Source: Patescibacteria group bacterium
GTDB taxonomy: Bacteria > Patescibacteriota > UBA1384 > XYA2-FULL-43-10
Direction: 5' to 3'
Length of the DNA: 64,000 nucleotides
NCBI GenBank assembly: GCA_041674405.1
Contig: JBAYVT010000002.1
Location: 23,158 to 87,157, forward strand
Shown here in pieces: positions 18,557 to 28,305 of this stretch. A program made the translations under genes and the position numbers. Numbering within the stretch: the first letter of the stretch is position 1; every line of letters starts with the position of its first letter. The notes under the pieces are model-generated. The model did not search any database. It had not been told where the DNA came from and saw only the letters and a program-made list of their open reading frames with translations.

Positions 18557-19570
18557 TTAATAAATCTCGACAACCATGCGTGGATTTTCAGCTACTTGCG
18601 CCTCAAGCTCCGATTTGGGCAACAACCCCCCTTGTGCTCCAATTATTCTGACAACGGAAGTAGAATTTACTATACCTGCTTTGAGTGCTTCAGATATCTT
18701 GTATTGATCGGAAAAATCCGCGTCTTTTGAATCTAAAAATTTCGCAACAAAAGCTGATGCAAAACTATCACCCGCTCCAGTCGCATCCACTCTTTCTCGA
18801 TTCATTGCTTCGATTCGATATGACCGAACCCCATCAAATGCGTAAGCGCCTTCTTTTCCATCGGTTACGATAATTATTCTTGGCCCAAGAGCATGAAGCG
18901 ATTTGGCAATTTCTTCAACCCGCGGCCGCACAGGATAATTGGAAAATTTTATTGCTTCTTCACGATTCAAAATCAATATCGAAACACATTTTAATAATGC
19001 CCTGTATTTCGAAACACCCTTTTCGATTTGCAAAGAACCAGGATTCCATGCAATTTTTGTTCCCTTCTCAGAAGCCATAGATATTAGATCCTTTTCAACT
19101 TCTTCGGTGTTTTCCCCCATCGGGCAAACAAAAAACCATTTAGTTTTTAAATTTTTTTTAGGCTTCAGCACTGAGTAATCTGAAACCCCGTGGCAAACAA
19201 AAATTGTTCTTTCGTCCCCAAGATTAAAAATGATTGAAAAATTTGTTTGGACATCATGTTTTTTAATGACCTGCGCTTCGTCTACACCCTCAATCCTAAG
19301 CCTTTCCAGTATTTTTTCAGAAGGAGAATCGTCTCCAATAGCAGTAATAATTGCAGTGTTATATCCAAGGCGATTGAACGAAACAGCAGTGTTGCATGCT
19401 GAACCGCCAATATCATAAAATGCATGTTCTAAAGAAATTTTTTCCCCCAGTTCAAAAGAAACAGATTTGCCCGAGGCATATCTCCGGCTGCTTTCAATAT
19501 CAAAAGTATGAGGCTTAACAAAAATATCCTCTGAAGCATCCCCAATTGTGACAATATCATACTTTGTCAT
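18557..19570 (-). CDS. PfkB-family carbohydrate kinase
   Basis: 337 aa. C-terminal signature DATGAGDSFASAF, N-terminal GGSACNTAVSF. Sits in an operon with fba and pgk. Confidence 0.85.
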   Translation of the reverse strand: MTKYDIVTIGDASEDIFVKPHTFDIESSRRYASGKSVSFELGEKISLEHAFYDIGGSACNTAVSFNRLGYNTAIITAIGDDSPSEKILERLRIEGVDEAQVIKKHDVQTNFSIIFNLGDERTIFVCHGVSDYSVLKPKKNLKTKWFFVCPMGENTEEVEKDLISMASEKGTKIAWNPGSLQIEKGVSKYRALLKCVSILILNREEAIKFSNYPVRPRVEEIAKSLHALGPRIIIVTDGKEGAYAFDGVRSYRIEAMNRERVDATGAGDSFASAFVAKFLDSKDADFSDQYKISEALKAGIVNSTSVVRIIGAQGGLLPKSELEAQVAENPRMVVEIY

Positions 19571-20412
19571 ACTTTTGCTTTATTTCTTGAACCAAATAAT
19601 GTTATGTAATCACAGACTAATTTTTCAATATCAGCCTTCACTTCATTGAAGACATCTCTTGGATCATCGCTGATATCGATATTCTTTGAGGCGCTGGACA
19701 AGAACGCCTTGCGTATTTTGGTATCAATATTAAATTTGACCGCACCCGCTGCTATAGCAGCTTTTATGTCCTTCTGTGAAAGGCCCGATGCACCATGGAT
19801 CACAATTGGAACAGAACTAGCATGGGCGATTTTTGACAAAAGTGAAATATCTAACTTTTCACCCCTCGGTGCACCATGTTCATTGCCTACAGAAACTGCT
19901 AATGAAGTAATCCCGGTTCGATTAATAAAATCACTAGCTAAATCAGGATGGGTATATGAACTTTTGTTCGATAATTCTCCACCCTCTTCGCGCGAAATTA
20001 CACCCAGTTCCGCTTCCACATCTACATCAAATTCTTTCGCATACGAAACAACTTTTTTAGTTAAAGCGATATTTGATTCATATGGCAGTTTTGAAGCATC
20101 AATCATTACAGAATTATATCCGATATCGATGCACTCCTTGACTATTCCAAAATCACGCGCATGATCAAGGTGAATTGCGGCAAAAACATCTTGGCTGTCC
20201 AGTTCGCTTTTTATTATTCCAAATAGTTCAGGAAGCCCGGCATAATCGATTGCGCTTGGCGTAGTCTGAATAATTACTGGTGAATTCATTTTTTTTGCAG
20301 CAGCTACGACTACTTGTACTGTTTCGAGATTATATACATTAAAAGCACCTATGGCATAGCCATCGTTTTTGGCTCCTTGATATGCTTCTTTGAGATTTAA
20401 TAATGGCATCAA
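19567..20412 (-). CDS. fba: Class II fructose-bisphosphate aldolase
   Basis: 281 aa. AIHLDHA, VIHGASG, GAVKFNIDT. Confidence 0.9.
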   Translation of the reverse strand: MMPLLNLKEAYQGAKNDGYAIGAFNVYNLETVQVVVAAAKKMNSPVIIQTTPSAIDYAGLPELFGIIKSELDSQDVFAAIHLDHARDFGIVKECIDIGYNSVMIDASKLPYESNIALTKKVVSYAKEFDVDVEAELGVISREEGGELSNKSSYTHPDLASDFINRTGITSLAVSVGNEHGAPRGEKLDISLLSKIAHASSVPIVIHGASGLSQKDIKAAIAAGAVKFNIDTKIRKAFLSSASKNIDISDDPRDVFNEVKADIEKLVCDYITLFGSRNKAKV

Positions 20413-21566
20413 ATTACGCTTGTCTTGATATTGCTCACAAATTTATTGTTGTCAAGTGCAATCAAGCCCGGCATCTTTTCACCAGCAAGGTATGAAAGAG
20501 TTGCACCACCGCCTGTTGAAATGAAATTAATATCGCCACGAAGATTGTTTGCATCGATAAACCCAACCGTATCTCCGCCCGCAACAATGGTAGTCCCTTT
20601 GTTTTTGGAAATTGCCTCTGCAATTCTCCTTGTTCCAGTCTCATATCGTTCGTCTTCCGAGTGTCCCAGATTTCCGTTCCAGAACGTCGTAGCAGCAGTC
20701 GCTATTTCAGCCTCAAATTTAGCAATTGTTTCCGGGCCGATATCCATGATTTTGAAACGGCCACCATCAGAATTTTCCCTAGCCTGATCTACCGGTAAAA
20801 CAATTTTATCTTGATATCTCGATAGAATATCCTCACAGGTTTCAAACATTTCCCTTTCATATAATGAATCACTTACGTCTTGGCCAGACGCCGCAAGAAA
20901 AGTATTGGCAATAGCCCCTCCAATTAAAATTTTGTCCGCTTGTCCTGCCAGATTATTTATCAAAGCGGCTTTATCCTTGACTTTTGCTCCGCCCAAAACA
21001 ATCTTATAAGGCTTTTGTGGATTTTGTATCAAAATATCAAGAGTTGTTTTCTCAGACTCAATCAGAAATCCGGCATAGCTTGGAAGATAATTGGTAATCG
21101 CATCTACTGAAGCATGGGCCCTATGGCTTACCCCGAAAGCATCATTAACATAAATATCTGCGTAGCTTGCAAGTTCTTCCCCAAATCTTTCATTGTTGGC
21201 TTCTTCTTCTCTGTGCCATCGCAGATTGCCCAACATAAAAATATCACCAAAAGTCATCTCTGATATTTTTTTGGCGACCAAGGGGTGAATTATGTGATCT
21301 GTCGCATACACTTTCCGTTTTAATAGCTTTGCAAGCTCAGAGGCGAGCGGGATGGTAGAAAGTTCTGGAATAATTTCTCCAGCCGGCTTTCCCAGATGAG
21401 TGGCAATGATAATCTTAGTCCTTCTTTCAAGTAAATACTGGAGAGTTGAAAGAGATTCAACAATTCTATTGTTATCTAAAATCTTACCGTCTTTAATCGG
21501 TACATTATAATCGACGCGAACAAAAATCCGCTTTCCACTAACGTTTGCATCCCTAACGCTAACCAT
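20409..21566 (-). CDS. pgk: Phosphoglycerate kinase
   Basis: 385 aa. RVDYNVP, ATHLGKP, DAFGVSHRAHAS, GGGATL. Confidence 0.96.
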   Translation of the reverse strand: MVSVRDANVSGKRIFVRVDYNVPIKDGKILDNNRIVESLSTLQYLLERRTKIIIATHLGKPAGEIIPELSTIPLASELAKLLKRKVYATDHIIHPLVAKKISEMTFGDIFMLGNLRWHREEEANNERFGEELASYADIYVNDAFGVSHRAHASVDAITNYLPSYAGFLIESEKTTLDILIQNPQKPYKIVLGGAKVKDKAALINNLAGQADKILIGGAIANTFLAASGQDVSDSLYEREMFETCEDILSRYQDKIVLPVDQARENSDGGRFKIMDIGPETIAKFEAEIATAATTFWNGNLGHSEDERYETGTRRIAEAISKNKGTTIVAGGDTVGFIDANNLRGDINFISTGGGATLSYLAGEKMPGLIALDNNKFVSNIKTSVI

Positions 21567-21727
21567 ATTCCCTCACTTTTACAATTAACCATATTTTACC
21601 ATTGTAAATTTTTACCGTAAATAGATCATGGCGGAGTTCTGTTCGTTTTGATAAAATTAATGTGCGTTCAAAATATTGCGATTTAAAATCAGATTTATAA
21701 TTTTTATCTCTGATTGACGGAGGGGTT

Positions 21728-22660
21728 TTGCCTTACAGGCTTAAAGATCATCATTTAAACCATATATTTAGCATAATAAATAAGTATTATGAAATTTATG
21801 GCGTTTCCAAAAAAAGCAAAAAATTTTCTAGAATTGAAATTGCATCAGATTTAATCTGGATAAACGGCAGATCACAAATGCCACCCAAAAAAGTCTTGTT
21901 TGAAGACCAACAGATAATTTCGGAAGATCTCAATAAAAAGATTGCTTTCGTTGGCATGCCCCTGTGTGATGTCTCGGCCATCCATCATTTAATTTACAAA
22001 TTAAGAGATTCTGGATTAGTACCGGATCGAGATGATCTGTTGCTGATTGCATCTGAATGTAAGCCAGACGATGCTTGTTTTTGTGAATTTTTCGGTACTG
22101 ATAAGCGATCAGGTTTTGATATTTATATTCAAAAAAATAGCAGTGGGTACGATGCATTCTCAGGGACAGCTGCTGGAGAAAAAATTTTAAAAAAATTAGC
22201 GCTAATGCCTGATCACAAATTAAACCTGCGCCCAGTTACCCATAAGTCCCTAAACAAATTGTCCAAGGAAGAAATAACAAAACTGATTGAAAAACGCGGC
22301 CAATTTGATGACTTATGGAACAAGATTGCAAATAACTGCTTTGGTTGTGGCGCCTGCACAGCTGTTTGCCCGCTTTGTTATTGTTTTAGACAAGAAGAGA
22401 AAAATAATTTAGATGGCAGCTGCAAATCTTGCATAAATTGGGATTCTTGCTTTGCAAAAGAATTTTCCGAAGTACAAAATAGAGCTGATTTACGGCCTCA
22501 AAATGTTGACCGGCTATATAATTGGTATCATCACAAATTTGTCCGCTCCCCTTATCTTTGCGTCGGATGTGGACGATGTATCAAGGCTTGCCCTGCAAAT
22601 TTAAATATTAAAAATATTCTTTTATCAATTGAAAAGTTAGGCGAAAAAAGTGATGAATAG
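21728..22660 (+). CDS. Hydrogenase beta-like subunit (4Fe-4S dicluster protein; sulfhydrogenase HydB / AsrA-like)
   Basis: 310 aa, TTG start after ggagg. Cluster motifs CFGCGACTAVCPLCYC and CVGCGRCIKACP. Confidence 0.78.
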   Translation: MPYRLKDHHLNHIFSIINKYYEIYGVSKKSKKFSRIEIASDLIWINGRSQMPPKKVLFEDQQIISEDLNKKIAFVGMPLCDVSAIHHLIYKLRDSGLVPDRDDLLLIASECKPDDACFCEFFGTDKRSGFDIYIQKNSSGYDAFSGTAAGEKILKKLALMPDHKLNLRPVTHKSLNKLSKEEITKLIEKRGQFDDLWNKIANNCFGCGACTAVCPLCYCFRQEEKNNLDGSCKSCINWDSCFAKEFSEVQNRADLRPQNVDRLYNWYHHKFVRSPYLCVGCGRCIKACPANLNIKNILLSIEKLGEKSDE

Positions 22661-23450
22661 CCCTTTTTCATATCGTGAATATAAAATTACTAACAAAACT
22701 GAAGTTGCTCCAGATACATTTCTGTTTCGACTTAGAGGAAAATTGAAATTTGATCCAGGGCAATTTGTCCAGGTAAAATTTCCCCATATCGGAGAAGTGA
22801 CTCTGGTTCCCTGCTCTAAAAAAGATGAAAAAACATATTTTGAACTTTGCGTTCGCAGAGCCGGAAATACGACCGAAAAAATATCTGAAAAGGTACCGGG
22901 TGATTCGATGTTTGTTCGAGGGCCATATGGGCACGGATGGCCAATCGGCAAAACATTGGAAAAAGATATTTTGCTGATTTCCGGCGGCATCGGAATCATC
23001 CCGCTTATGCCGCTTATGGATGAACTGGTGAAATATCGAGGTAATTTTGGGAAAATCTACTTTCTCGCCGGATTTAAAACTCCGCACCACGTCATGTTTG
23101 AACAGGATCTTTTGCGTTACAAAAAGAAAATAAGCTATTTCAAGGTTGCGGTCGAAAAAACCGACAGAGATTGGTGGGGTGAAAATTGTATGATCACCGA
23201 CTTGATTAAAAACACAAATCTGAGTCCAAATATCAATGTATTTCTATGTGGTCCGGAAATTATGTTTCGCCCCTGCGTCGATGTTCTATTACAAAAAAAA
23301 ATTAATCCGAAAAATATTTACGTTTCTTTCGAGCGAAGAATGGAATGCGGGATCGGTTTTTGCCAACATTGTACTATAGGCAAGTATAAAGTTTGTGAGG
23401 ATGGCCCCATATTTACCTGGAGCAAAATAGCACCGGAGTTAGAAAAATGA
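22650..23450 (+). CDS. Hydrogenase gamma-like subunit (PyrK/ferredoxin-reductase-type FAD/NAD(P) oxidoreductase with a 2Fe-2S site)
   Basis: 266 aa. GQFVQV, ISGGIGIIPL, C-terminal CGIGFCQHCTIGKYKVCEDGP. Confidence 0.8.
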   Translation: MMNSPFSYREYKITNKTEVAPDTFLFRLRGKLKFDPGQFVQVKFPHIGEVTLVPCSKKDEKTYFELCVRRAGNTTEKISEKVPGDSMFVRGPYGHGWPIGKTLEKDILLISGGIGIIPLMPLMDELVKYRGNFGKIYFLAGFKTPHHVMFEQDLLRYKKKISYFKVAVEKTDRDWWGENCMITDLIKNTNLSPNINVFLCGPEIMFRPCVDVLLQKKINPKNIYVSFERRMECGIGFCQHCTIGKYKVCEDGPIFTWSKIAPELEK

Positions 23451-24178
23451 ATGCAATATTCCCCAAAAAAACACTAGGAATTTTTTCTCTCACTTGTTGC
23501 GAAGGTTGCCAATTTTCGCTGTTAAAGGACTTTGTTGGTTTTGAAAAAATCACAAGATTTTATGAAATAAAAAGTTTTCGCCTCGGGCAAGAAGAAAATG
23601 ACGAATGCTTTTTTGATGTTTCGCTTGTTGAGGGAACACCCGAGTCAACTCGGGAACTTGAGCATTTGAAAAAGATAAGAAAAGTATCGAAAGCAGTTGT
23701 TTCAATTGGCGCTTGTGCACATTTAGGCGGTATTCAATCAGAGCGAAATCGCTTACCTAAAAAATACATCGGAAAAGAAAAAGTTAAAAAAATTAGTGAC
23801 ATAATAAAAGTAGATTTGGTTATTCCTGGCTGCCCGATTTCCCACAAGGAGGCAGTGGCCGCCCTTCTTGACACATATTGGGGCAAAAAATTTCGGCCGA
23901 AGGATTATGCCGTATGTTTCGAATGTAGAAAAAATGAAAATGAATGCTTGATAAAAAATGGCAGACCCTGCCTGGGCCCGATCACCCGGGGAGGATGTGA
24001 TAGTGTTTGTATAAATGGTGGAGAATTGTGTCTTGGGTGCCGCGGTGCGTTAGATCAAACGAATTTTAATAAAATTAAAGAAATACTAAACCCGATGATC
24101 GGAGAAGACAAAACGAATAATCTCCTTACCATATATGGAGACCTGGAACAAGAATGGAAAGATCAGGACAGACAATGA
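23447..24178 (+). CDS. [NiFe] hydrogenase small (delta-like) subunit
   Basis: 243 aa. SLTCCEGCQ, GACAHLGG, PGCPIS, then a distal Cys cluster CDSVCINGGELCLGC. Confidence 0.8.
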   Translation: MNAIFPKKTLGIFSLTCCEGCQFSLLKDFVGFEKITRFYEIKSFRLGQEENDECFFDVSLVEGTPESTRELEHLKKIRKVSKAVVSIGACAHLGGIQSERNRLPKKYIGKEKVKKISDIIKVDLVIPGCPISHKEAVAALLDTYWGKKFRPKDYAVCFECRKNENECLIKNGRPCLGPITRGGCDSVCINGGELCLGCRGALDQTNFNKIKEILNPMIGEDKTNNLLTIYGDLEQEWKDQDRQ

Positions 24179-25092
24179 AATTTGAAGAATTAAAGAAAAT
24201 ACTAGCAAGTAAAATAGAATTTAAAGATTTTGACGACCCTGATGTCGTAAAAATTAATGCCGGTATAGTAAGTAATCATAAATATAAAATTAAAAGCCAC
24301 AATTCGAGTTTTTTTGTAAAAGAGATCAAAGACAACGAGGCAAATATTCTCAAAATATTAGATATGATTGATCTAGATTTCTATCCCAAAATCTTATATC
24401 TTGATCTACTCGATAAAAATATCCTCGTCTCCGAATTTATTGAGGGTGACGCACTGCAATCTTGGGAGATTCAGGACAATCTTCTGCTAGGTTTTACCCA
24501 AATGCAAAATTTGATGAATAATATTAGTTTCCTCAAAGAAAAAGAAATATTTGGTATTTCGAATTTTAGCGAAACTGATGGTGGTTTTTTCCGAAATCAA
24601 ATAACAGAAAATTTTTTATATGGATTGGAAACACTTGATGACTTGTCAAAAACTAATTTGCCAATCGTAAAAAAACACTTCGAGTTGGTATCTTTTTTGA
24701 AGAAAGATAAGCAAAAAATATTTGATGATTTTTCAAACATGCCGTTTGCGAGGCAACATCACGATTTCAAGCAGGACAACATCATTGGAAATCCACAAAA
24801 ATTGGTTGATTGGGGATCTTCTTATGGATATGGGCCATTTTTGTTTGATCTTGCTCCTTTTTTGTTAAACAATAAAAACCAATTAGAACTATACAAATCA
24901 AAATCAGATGTCTGCAAGGGCTTTACAGACCGCCAGATAAATCGCTGGCTTTATGTCGCCGCTGTAGCAAGATATATGGAAGATTTGAGATATAGAATTA
25001 GCGATAATGGATGGAATTCGTCTAAAGAAAAATGCGAACGCTTTCTTGAGAGCGAGTATGATAATTATCAGTCATTGCTTGATAAAATATAG
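24175..25092 (+). CDS. Protein-kinase-like fold phosphotransferase (APH/choline-kinase family-like) embedded in the hydrogenase operon
   Basis: Catalytic-loop pattern HHDFKQDNII (HxDxxxxN), followed by LVDWGSSYGYGPFLFDLA (the DFG/DxE-equivalent). The likely start MKFEEL at 24175 overlaps the small-subunit stop as ATGA. Confidence 0.7.
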   Translation: MKFEELKKILASKIEFKDFDDPDVVKINAGIVSNHKYKIKSHNSSFFVKEIKDNEANILKILDMIDLDFYPKILYLDLLDKNILVSEFIEGDALQSWEIQDNLLLGFTQMQNLMNNISFLKEKEIFGISNFSETDGGFFRNQITENFLYGLETLDDLSKTNLPIVKKHFELVSFLKKDKQKIFDDFSNMPFARQHHDFKQDNIIGNPQKLVDWGSSYGYGPFLFDLAPFLLNNKNQLELYKSKSDVCKGFTDRQINRWLYVAAVARYMEDLRYRISDNGWNSSKEKCERFLESEYDNYQSLLDKI

Positions 25093-25114
25093 CTAAAATT
25101 TCAGGAGATAGATC

Positions 25115-26362
25115 ATGAGTTCATCAGTTCCCAAAATTGAAGGACACGCTACTTTTTACGCCCATCTTCGTGCCGGAAAAGTTGACAAGGCCAGAATTAT
25201 TGGCCTTGATGGAGATCGGTTTGTTGAAAAAATATTATTCGGGCGCAGCTATATGGAAGTACCAGTAATTACCTCTCGCATCTGTGGTATATGCCCCGTA
25301 ATTCACAATGTTACCTCAACCAAAGCTGTGGAAAATGCTCTCGATATCAAGGTTTCCGAACAAGTAGAAACACTGCGGAAACTAATGCTCTGTGGCCAGA
25401 TGGTTCAGAGCCACTCGCTTCATCTATACCTTCTGGTTCTTCCCGATTTCATGGGAATGTCTTCCTCTTTCGAGCTTCAAAAAAAGCACCCGGATATTTT
25501 TGCCGATGCAGTTGCCCTAAAATCATATGCCGATAGTATTATTGAGATAATCGGAGGCAGGGCAGTTCATCCGGTTTCGAACGTACCTGGCGGTTTCAAA
25601 AAATTTCCGGAAATTTCTGAATTACGGAAATTACTGGAAGAAAGTAAAAAGATGACCGATCTTGGGATTAAAACATTAAAGCTTTTTCAGTCATTTAATT
25701 ATCCTGAAATTTCCCGCAAGATAATTTACTCGGCGTTGTCTGACCTGAATGAATATGCTTTCTATGGCGGAGAAATCAAGACCACGAGCGGTGAGAATTT
25801 TAAAGCAAAAGATTATAAAAAATATATTTACGAAGAAATTCTGCCATATAATCGTGCGAAATTTGGAACGCTCAAGGGCAAAGAAATGATGGTTGGCGCA
25901 ATTGCCCGGATTAATCTCAACAAGAAACAATTGGAAAAAGAAATTGGAAGTTTGAAGGAACTTGGTGTAGGTGAAGAGCTGTCCGATAATCCATTCGGTA
26001 ACATAATTGCCCAAGCAATTGAAAACTATTATTTTATCGTAAAATCAGAAGCGATAATTGAAAAATTAATTAAAGAGGGTATTTCCGAAGAGTCAATAGT
26101 TGAACCAAAAAAAATTGATGAAGGAGTTGCTGCTTGCGAAGCACCGCGTGGAACGCTGTTTCACTACTACAAATTTGACAAAGAAGGTATGCTTGAAAAG
26201 TGTGATATTGTTACGCCAACCGTACAAAATCTGCCAGCATTGGAATATGACATGAAAAAACTCGGCCCCTTTCTCAAGGACTTGGACGAAACAGAGAGAA
26301 CAGAAATGATTGAGATGCTTATTCGTTCATATGACCCATGCATCACTTGCGCCACACATTAA
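25115..26362 (+). CDS. [NiFe] hydrogenase large (alpha) subunit, group-3-like
   Basis: 415 aa. N-terminal Ni-binding motif RICGICPVIH, C-terminal DPCITCATH followed directly by the stop. Confidence 0.9.
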   Translation: MSSSVPKIEGHATFYAHLRAGKVDKARIIGLDGDRFVEKILFGRSYMEVPVITSRICGICPVIHNVTSTKAVENALDIKVSEQVETLRKLMLCGQMVQSHSLHLYLLVLPDFMGMSSSFELQKKHPDIFADAVALKSYADSIIEIIGGRAVHPVSNVPGGFKKFPEISELRKLLEESKKMTDLGIKTLKLFQSFNYPEISRKIIYSALSDLNEYAFYGGEIKTTSGENFKAKDYKKYIYEEILPYNRAKFGTLKGKEMMVGAIARINLNKKQLEKEIGSLKELGVGEELSDNPFGNIIAQAIENYYFIVKSEAIIEKLIKEGISEESIVEPKKIDEGVAACEAPRGTLFHYYKFDKEGMLEKCDIVTPTVQNLPALEYDMKKLGPFLKDLDETERTEMIEMLIRSYDPCITCATH

Positions 26363-26468
26363 TACAGAAATGAATAGCCCCAAAGGGGACCGTTCGGGTC
26401 GAATCTGAACCAATAGCAAATATACGAATTATTAGTAAATTAACCATCAGTATATTAGCAATCGATTT

Positions 26469-27350
26469 ATGAATGCAATCATTGAAATCAAAAAACTGAC
26501 AAAATATTATGGCAAAACCCTCGGGATTAAAAGCCTTGATTTGGATGTAATTGAAGGAGAAATATTTGGTTTTATCGGGCCAAATGGCGCTGGCAAATCT
26601 ACAACGATCAGGCTTTTGCTAGATTTAATTCGGCCAACAGCGGGAAGTGCAAAAATTTTTGGCAAAGATATCCACCGCCATAGTGTGGAGCTTAAACAAG
26701 ATATCGGCTATTTGCCAGGAGAAATATTTTTGCCGGAAAATCTCACCGGTAAAAGCTGTATTAATTATTTTAAATCCTTCAAGGAAACAATTGATGACAG
26801 ATATCTTAAAGATTTAAAATCTCGTTTTGAATTTGATGATAAGAAAAAGATTTCCCAGTATTCCAAAGGCAATAAGCAAAAATTAGCAATAATTTTAGCC
26901 CTGATGCACAAGCCGAAACTCCTAATTCTAGACGAACCGACAAGCGGGCTCGACCCCTTAAACCAGCAAGAATTTTACAAGGTTATCACCGAAACAAAGG
27001 AGTGGAGAACAACAACTTTTTTCTCAACTCATATTTTGGATGAGGCTGAATTTCTTTGCGATCGAGTCGGAATCATTAAGGATGGCCGTCTGCTCCAGAT
27101 TGAAGACATCGACAAATTTAAAGAAAAAAATATTCGTGAAATAAATCTGGAAACCACCGCAGATATTCCTCTTTCGGCCTTGAAAATTGATGGCGTCGAA
27201 AAGACGGAAAAAACTGATCATGGCTATCGCCTAATCACCAAGGGCCATAACGGCGAATTGATAAAAATCATTTCGAAATTTGCAATCGATGACATTAAAA
27301 TATCCGAACCATCGCTTGAAGAAATATTTATGCATTTTTACGAAAAATAA
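26469..27350 (+). CDS. ABC transporter ATP-binding protein
   Basis: 293 aa. Walker A GPNGAGKST, signature YSKGNKQK, Walker B LLILDEP. Confidence 0.92.
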   Translation: MNAIIEIKKLTKYYGKTLGIKSLDLDVIEGEIFGFIGPNGAGKSTTIRLLLDLIRPTAGSAKIFGKDIHRHSVELKQDIGYLPGEIFLPENLTGKSCINYFKSFKETIDDRYLKDLKSRFEFDDKKKISQYSKGNKQKLAIILALMHKPKLLILDEPTSGLDPLNQQEFYKVITETKEWRTTTFFSTHILDEAEFLCDRVGIIKDGRLLQIEDIDKFKEKNIREINLETTADIPLSALKIDGVEKTEKTDHGYRLITKGHNGELIKIISKFAIDDIKISEPSLEEIFMHFYEK

Positions 27351-27447
27351 CTAATAGCTAGAAACTAAAATGTAAAATCTAAGGATGGGTCGTTAAATAA
27401 TTGTTTTGATAAAATATGGTTTTAAGTTTTAACATTTAAGTTATTAC

Positions 27448-28251
27448 ATGGATAATATGATCGCAATAATGTACAGAAAATTTATTGACCAAGCGATTTC
27501 ACTTCTATATTATTTTGGCGGCCTACTCGCCTACTCCTGGATGATGATCGCCATGTTTCCAACAATGAAGACGGCAGATCTGGCCGGTATTTACAACCAA
27601 TTTCCCAAAGAATTTCTAAAGTTTTTTGGCGCCAACGGGATTGAAAGCATGGGAACGGTAGAAGGTTTTTTATCTATAGAATTTCTTTCGCTGTTTTTTA
27701 TACTAATTATCGCTTTTTATATCGGCTCGTCCGCCGGATCAACCATAGCTGGCGCAATCGAAAAAAGGACAATGGATTTTCAGCTATCACAGCCAATTTC
27801 TCGGGCTAAGCTTTTACTCAGTGAGACAATCGTCGGGCTCCTCAACACTGCACTTTTGGTATTTGCCACTTCAGGCAGTATCTATATTCTTGCAAAGGCA
27901 TACGATGTTTCAATGAGCACTCGGGGAATCTTCGTTTTTGCTTTTGTGGCGATAATATTCTTATGGGCATTTTACGGGTTAGCAGTTTTGATTTCTTCCA
28001 TCTTGCGCAGCAAAATCACCGTTGCCTCGATAACGGTATCTATTATCATGGGCTTGTATATATTGAATGCTCTTTCGAAAATCGTGGATAAACTGGCAAA
28101 GATCGAAAAATACACATTGTTTAATATGTATAATCCACAAAAACTTTTGACCGATCACATCATAAACTGGCACCAGATCGAATTCTTGCTTTTAGTTCTT
28201 GTGGTTGGAATAATTAGTTCAATATTGATATTTAATAATAAAGATATCTAG
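27448..28251 (+). CDS. ABC-2-type transporter permease
   Basis: 267 aa with about 6 hydrophobic helices, directly downstream of the ABC ATPase. Confidence 0.7.
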   Translation: MDNMIAIMYRKFIDQAISLLYYFGGLLAYSWMMIAMFPTMKTADLAGIYNQFPKEFLKFFGANGIESMGTVEGFLSIEFLSLFFILIIAFYIGSSAGSTIAGAIEKRTMDFQLSQPISRAKLLLSETIVGLLNTALLVFATSGSIYILAKAYDVSMSTRGIFVFAFVAIIFLWAFYGLAVLISSILRSKITVASITVSIIMGLYILNALSKIVDKLAKIEKYTLFNMYNPQKLLTDHIINWHQIEFLLLVLVVGIISSILIFNNKDI

Positions 28252-28305
28252 CTATTTGGTTAACGAGATCGGCGATTCGTATAAAATTTATCCGTTCGCC
28301 ATATT

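Noticed and set aside
19646-20164. Long antisense ORFs opposite confident genes, for example 19646..20164, 31450..32139, 42549..42995, 4575..5003, 22668..23090, 57134..57547 and 20425..20787
   Set aside because: They lie fully inside well-supported genes on the other strand, lack RBS motifs and give low-complexity peptides. I treated them as shadow ORFs.
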